Positions 39,117 to 42,051 of a stretch of 42,051 nt of DNA are shown here, piece by piece. The notes below the pieces were generated by a model. The model saw nothing but the letters and a program-made list of their open reading frames with translations, was not told the origin of the DNA and searched no databases. Location: assembly GCA_013151175.1 (NCBI GenBank), contig JAADIV010000132.1, forward strand, positions 1 through 42,051. Reading direction: 5' to 3'. Position 1 is the first letter of the stretch, and each line of letters opens with the position of its first letter. This stretch comes from Deltaproteobacteria bacterium. GTDB lineage: Bacteria > Desulfobacterota > Desulfobulbia > Desulfobulbales > VMSU01. A program made the translations under genes and the position numbers.

Positions 39117-40255
39117 AAGAAAATTCTGTGGGGCTGACCAGCACCAAATATTTTAAGCTCAAGGGGCCATTTACCCTGGAGAATCAAGAGCATTTGGACG
39201 ATGTAACCATTGCCTACGAAACCTACGGCGAGCTTGATTCCGGTAAAAATAATGCCGTCCTAGTCTGCCACGCCCTCTCCGGCGATGCCCATGCCGCCGG
39301 TTTTCACGCCGGAGCCAATAAACCCGGTTGGTGGGAGATTATGATCGGCCCCGGCAAAGCCATTGATACCAATAAATATTTTGTCATCTGCACAAATATA
39401 CTGGGCGGTTGTATGGGGACAACCGGCCCAGCCTCCATTAACAAAAAAACCGGCAAGCCCTATGGCTTGAGGTTCCCAGTCATTACCATTGGTGATATGG
39501 TCAACGCCCAGAAGGCCTTGTTGGATTCCTTGGCAATTACCAGACTGCTAACCGTGATCGGCGGATCTATCGGTGGTATGCAAGCCCTTGAATGGAGTGT
39601 CCGCTACCCCCAAATGGTATTCTCCGCCATTCCACTTGCCACAACCCAGAGGCATTCGGCCCTGGCAATCGCCTTTAACGAGGTGGCCAGACAATCGATA
39701 ATGGCCGATCCCAATTGGCATAATGGCGACTATTACGAGGCTCAAAAACCGGATCTTGGCCTAGCTGTAGCTCGAATGGTGGGCCATATCACCTATCTGT
39801 CCGATGAGGCCATGCGTAATAAATTCGGCCGCCGTCTGCAAAATAAAAAAGACTTTTCCTTTAATTTCGATGCCGATTTTCAGGTTGAGAGTTATCTCCG
39901 TTATCAGGGGAAAAAATTTGTTGAACGGTTTGATGCCAATTCTTTTCTGTACATTACCAAGGCGGCGGACTATTTTGATTTAGCCCGCCAGCCGGTGAGC
40001 GACCCTAATAATTTAACCTTTGCCAATGCCGGGGCAAAATATTTGGTGGTGTCATTCACCTCCGACTGGCTCTATCCCACCAGAGAGTCAAAAACCATGG
40101 TCAAGGCCATGAAAAAAAATAGTCTTGATGTTAGTTTCTGTGAGATTACCGCGCCATGGGGCCACGATGCATTTTTATTGGAAAACAAACGTCTGGATAC
40201 CCTGGTCAGCGGATTTTTAGTCAGGATGTCGCAGGAGATAACCGATGCGTTTTGA
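39113..40255 (+). CDS. metX: homoserine O-acyl(acetyl)transferase
   Basis: [21 protein letters not shown] nucleophile, RFDAN, SDWLYP, GHDAFL. Confidence 0.95.
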   Translation: MKENSVGLTSTKYFKLKGPFTLENQEHLDDVTIAYETYGELDSGKNNAVLVCHALSGDAHAAGFHAGANKPGWWEIMIGPGKAIDTNKYFVICTNILGGCMGTTGPASINKKTGKPYGLRFPVITIGDMVNAQKALLDSLAITRLLTVIGGSIGGMQALEWSVRYPQMVFSAIPLATTQRHSALAIAFNEVARQSIMADPNWHNGDYYEAQKPDLGLAVARMVGHITYLSDEAMRNKFGRRLQNKKDFSFNFDADFQVESYLRYQGKKFVERFDANSFLYITKAADYFDLARQPVSDPNNLTFANAGAKYLVVSFTSDWLYPTRESKTMVKAMKKNSLDVSFCEITAPWGHDAFLLENKRLDTLVSGFLVRMSQEITDAF

Positions 40256-40841
40256 CCTTGAAGTTATATCATCATGGATAAAGCCCGGTTCCAGGGTGCT
40301 TGATCTGGGATGCGGCACCGGTGATTTGCTCTATCACCTTAAAAATTTCCGAGATGTCAAGACCACCGGCATTGATTTTGAGGAGACCAATATCAGTCGT
40401 TGTGTTGACTTGGGTTTAAGTGTTATTCAGGGAGACATCAATGAGGAAGTTCAAGACTACGCCGATCATGCCTTCGACTATGTCATTTTAAGCCGCACCT
40501 TGCAACAGGTCTATGAACCGGGTAAATTACTCAAGGATTTGCTGCGGATAGGCGACAAGGTGGTGGTCAGCTTCCCCAACTTCAGCCATTGGAGCTGCCG
40601 ATTGCAAATATTTTTGCAAGGCCGGACACCAACAACTAATCAGCTGCCGTATACATGGTACAACAGCCCGAATATCCGAGTCATAACCCTGAAAGACTTT
40701 CGGAGTTTTGTCAAAGATAGCGGGTTTAAAATTATAAAAGAGGCCGCCATCAATACCCAAAAAGAGGATCTGCATGGCAACGTAATTCATCTGCTGCCAA
40801 ATCTGCGAGCCACCTACGGTATATTTTTAATTGGCCACTGA
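40245..40841 (+). CDS. metW: methionine biosynthesis protein MetW
   Basis: [45 protein letters not shown]; directly follows metX. Confidence 0.93.
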   Translation: MRFDLEVISSWIKPGSRVLDLGCGTGDLLYHLKNFRDVKTTGIDFEETNISRCVDLGLSVIQGDINEEVQDYADHAFDYVILSRTLQQVYEPGKLLKDLLRIGDKVVVSFPNFSHWSCRLQIFLQGRTPTTNQLPYTWYNSPNIRVITLKDFRSFVKDSGFKIIKEAAINTQKEDLHGNVIHLLPNLRATYGIFLIGH

Positions 40842-40873
40842 ACAGGAGACAGGGGGCAAACCCCAGGGCGCTT

Positions 40874-40992
40874 GTAGGGCGTATTGAACAAACGACCAGG
40901 GCCTGACATTAGGCCGATACAATTGCTTAAATCGTACACCAATGGAATTATCCGGTTGCAATAAAGGCGGGCTTTACGCTACAATCCACCCC
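40874..40992. repeat. degenerate pair of inverted GTAG-type REP-like palindromes
   Basis: Left GTAGGGCGTATTG...TCGTACACC; right GGCGGGCTTTACGCTACAATCCACCCC; TTGTAG(GG)CGTA is complementary to TACGCTACAA. Confidence 0.4.
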
Positions 40993-41039
40993 AATGCTGT
41001 TTCTCCTGCACCCCTTGCTCCTGAAACCGAGAGTTACTA

Positions 41040-42011
41040 ATGAAGATAATAGCCCAACCAATATGCGTTGATGAAGAGGAGCAGATCAACAGCTTTTATG
41101 ATGAAATTCCCCTGGTGGTCAATAACCTGCTGAAATTTTGGGACACCAGGAGTGGTTTTGAGCATCTGGAACCCGCCCCCATGCCCTCCCATGAAGCCGT
41201 AGTGCAGATCATCCACCAAGCCAGGGGTATTTTGTTTCCGGGGTATTTTACCACCACCAAACTGAACCGTGCCAACCTGGAATATTTTTTGGGACAGGAG
41301 ACAACTAGCCTCTACACAAGCCTCAGTAAACAGATAATCCTGGCCATGCAGCATGACTGTTTCAGACGGAAATTACCATGCAGCCAATGCCGATCATACG
41401 GCCATAAGATTACGCTGAAATTCATTCAGTCTCTGCCTGATCTGGAAGTTATGCTCACCGCTGATATCAAGGCAACTCTAGCGGGGGATCCGGCCGCCAA
41501 GGGGGCCGATGAAGTAATTTTCAGCTATCCCGGTCTGCTGGCAATAACCATATATCGTATTTCCCACCTGTTACTGAAGTTAGGGGTACCCATCATTCCC
41601 CGCATAATGACCGAACACGCCCACAACCTCACCGGCATTGATATCCATCCAGGCGCCGTTATCGGCGAAAATTTCTTTATCGATCATGGCACCGGAGTTG
41701 TCATTGGCGAAACCACGGAAATTGGCCGGGGAGTACGCATCTACCAGGGCGTTACCCTGGGGGCCTTATCGTTGCCCCATAACGCCGGTGAACGATATCG
41801 CGACTGCAAAAGGCATCCTACCATTGAAGATGAGGTGATTATCTATGCCAACACCACCATTTTGGGCGGCGAAACCACCATCGGAGCCCGTTCAATTATT
41901 GGCGGCAATATCTGGATCACCGAGAGCATTGAGCCAGGCACAAAGGTTCTCTTAAAACGTCCGGAGTTGTCATATCTGGAGGATAAAAGAACAAATAAGG
42001 AGATATCATGA
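41040..42011 (+). CDS. cysE: serine O-acetyltransferase (long EpsC type)
   Basis: GDPAA, EVIFSYPG, YRISH, TGIDIHPGA, FIDHGTGVVIGET, YQGVTLGA, KRHPTIED. Confidence 0.94.
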   Translation: MKIIAQPICVDEEEQINSFYDEIPLVVNNLLKFWDTRSGFEHLEPAPMPSHEAVVQIIHQARGILFPGYFTTTKLNRANLEYFLGQETTSLYTSLSKQIILAMQHDCFRRKLPCSQCRSYGHKITLKFIQSLPDLEVMLTADIKATLAGDPAAKGADEVIFSYPGLLAITIYRISHLLLKLGVPIIPRIMTEHAHNLTGIDIHPGAVIGENFFIDHGTGVVIGETTEIGRGVRIYQGVTLGALSLPHNAGERYRDCKRHPTIEDEVIIYANTTILGGETTIGARSIIGGNIWITESIEPGTKVLLKRPELSYLEDKRTNKEIS

Positions 42012-42051
42012 CGATATTCACCAATATCCCCGCCTGCATTGGCAATACCCC
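42008..42051 (+). CDS. cysK: cysteine synthase, N-terminus only (3'-truncated by the window edge)
   Basis: ATG overlaps the cysE TGA (ATGA) behind AAGGAG; reads MTIFTNIPACIGNTP, matching the CysK IGNTP motif. Confidence 0.75.
   Translation, partial: MTIFTNIPACIGNT

Noticed and set aside
40850-40920. c-di-GMP-I (GEMM) riboswitch suggested by GGCAAACC
   Set aside because: No GNRA-capped P2 or GCAAAGC junction can be built; a REP-like reading fits better.
40843-41008. 6S RNA, suggested by length and end pairing
   Set aside because: I see no continuous rod with a central bubble, and the gene context is not typical for 6S RNA.

Overview
About 42 kb of mostly core chromosomal DNA (roughly 50% GC). 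Gene content and protein sequences resemble a sulfate-reducer-type Desulfobacterota (Desulfobulbaceae-like); this is inference. Housekeeping genes: bioF-bioH-bioC-bioD, folE2, miaB, an alpha-glucan phosphorylase, recD, purB, recJ, miaA, a ferredoxin, serC, lpxC, proC-nadK, an EF-G2-type fusA paralog, mog, purM and metY-metX-metW-cysE-cysK(partial). Two paralogous cassettes each pair a Cache/HAMP hybrid histidine kinase with a REC-HD-GYP phosphodiesterase; the second is preceded by an output-less REC-GAF-PAS protein. Features the ORF track misses: (1) a XerC/D dif site at 17822-17849 with KOPS-like octamers mostly converging on it, so the window probably spans the replication terminus; (2) two decayed RAYT-type HUH transposase copies with a shared 5' end and GGGGTC repeats, flanking a ferredoxin gene; (3) a frameshifted PHP-phosphatase gene; (4) a sigma54 promoter upstream of lpxC; (5) a degenerate GTAG REP pair and several candidate structured leaders. 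The most speculative system is a possible coiled-coil docking between the output-less sensor's GRELxMxxLK tail and the MLN(M/I)(L/M)(E/D)DL helix of the kinases.
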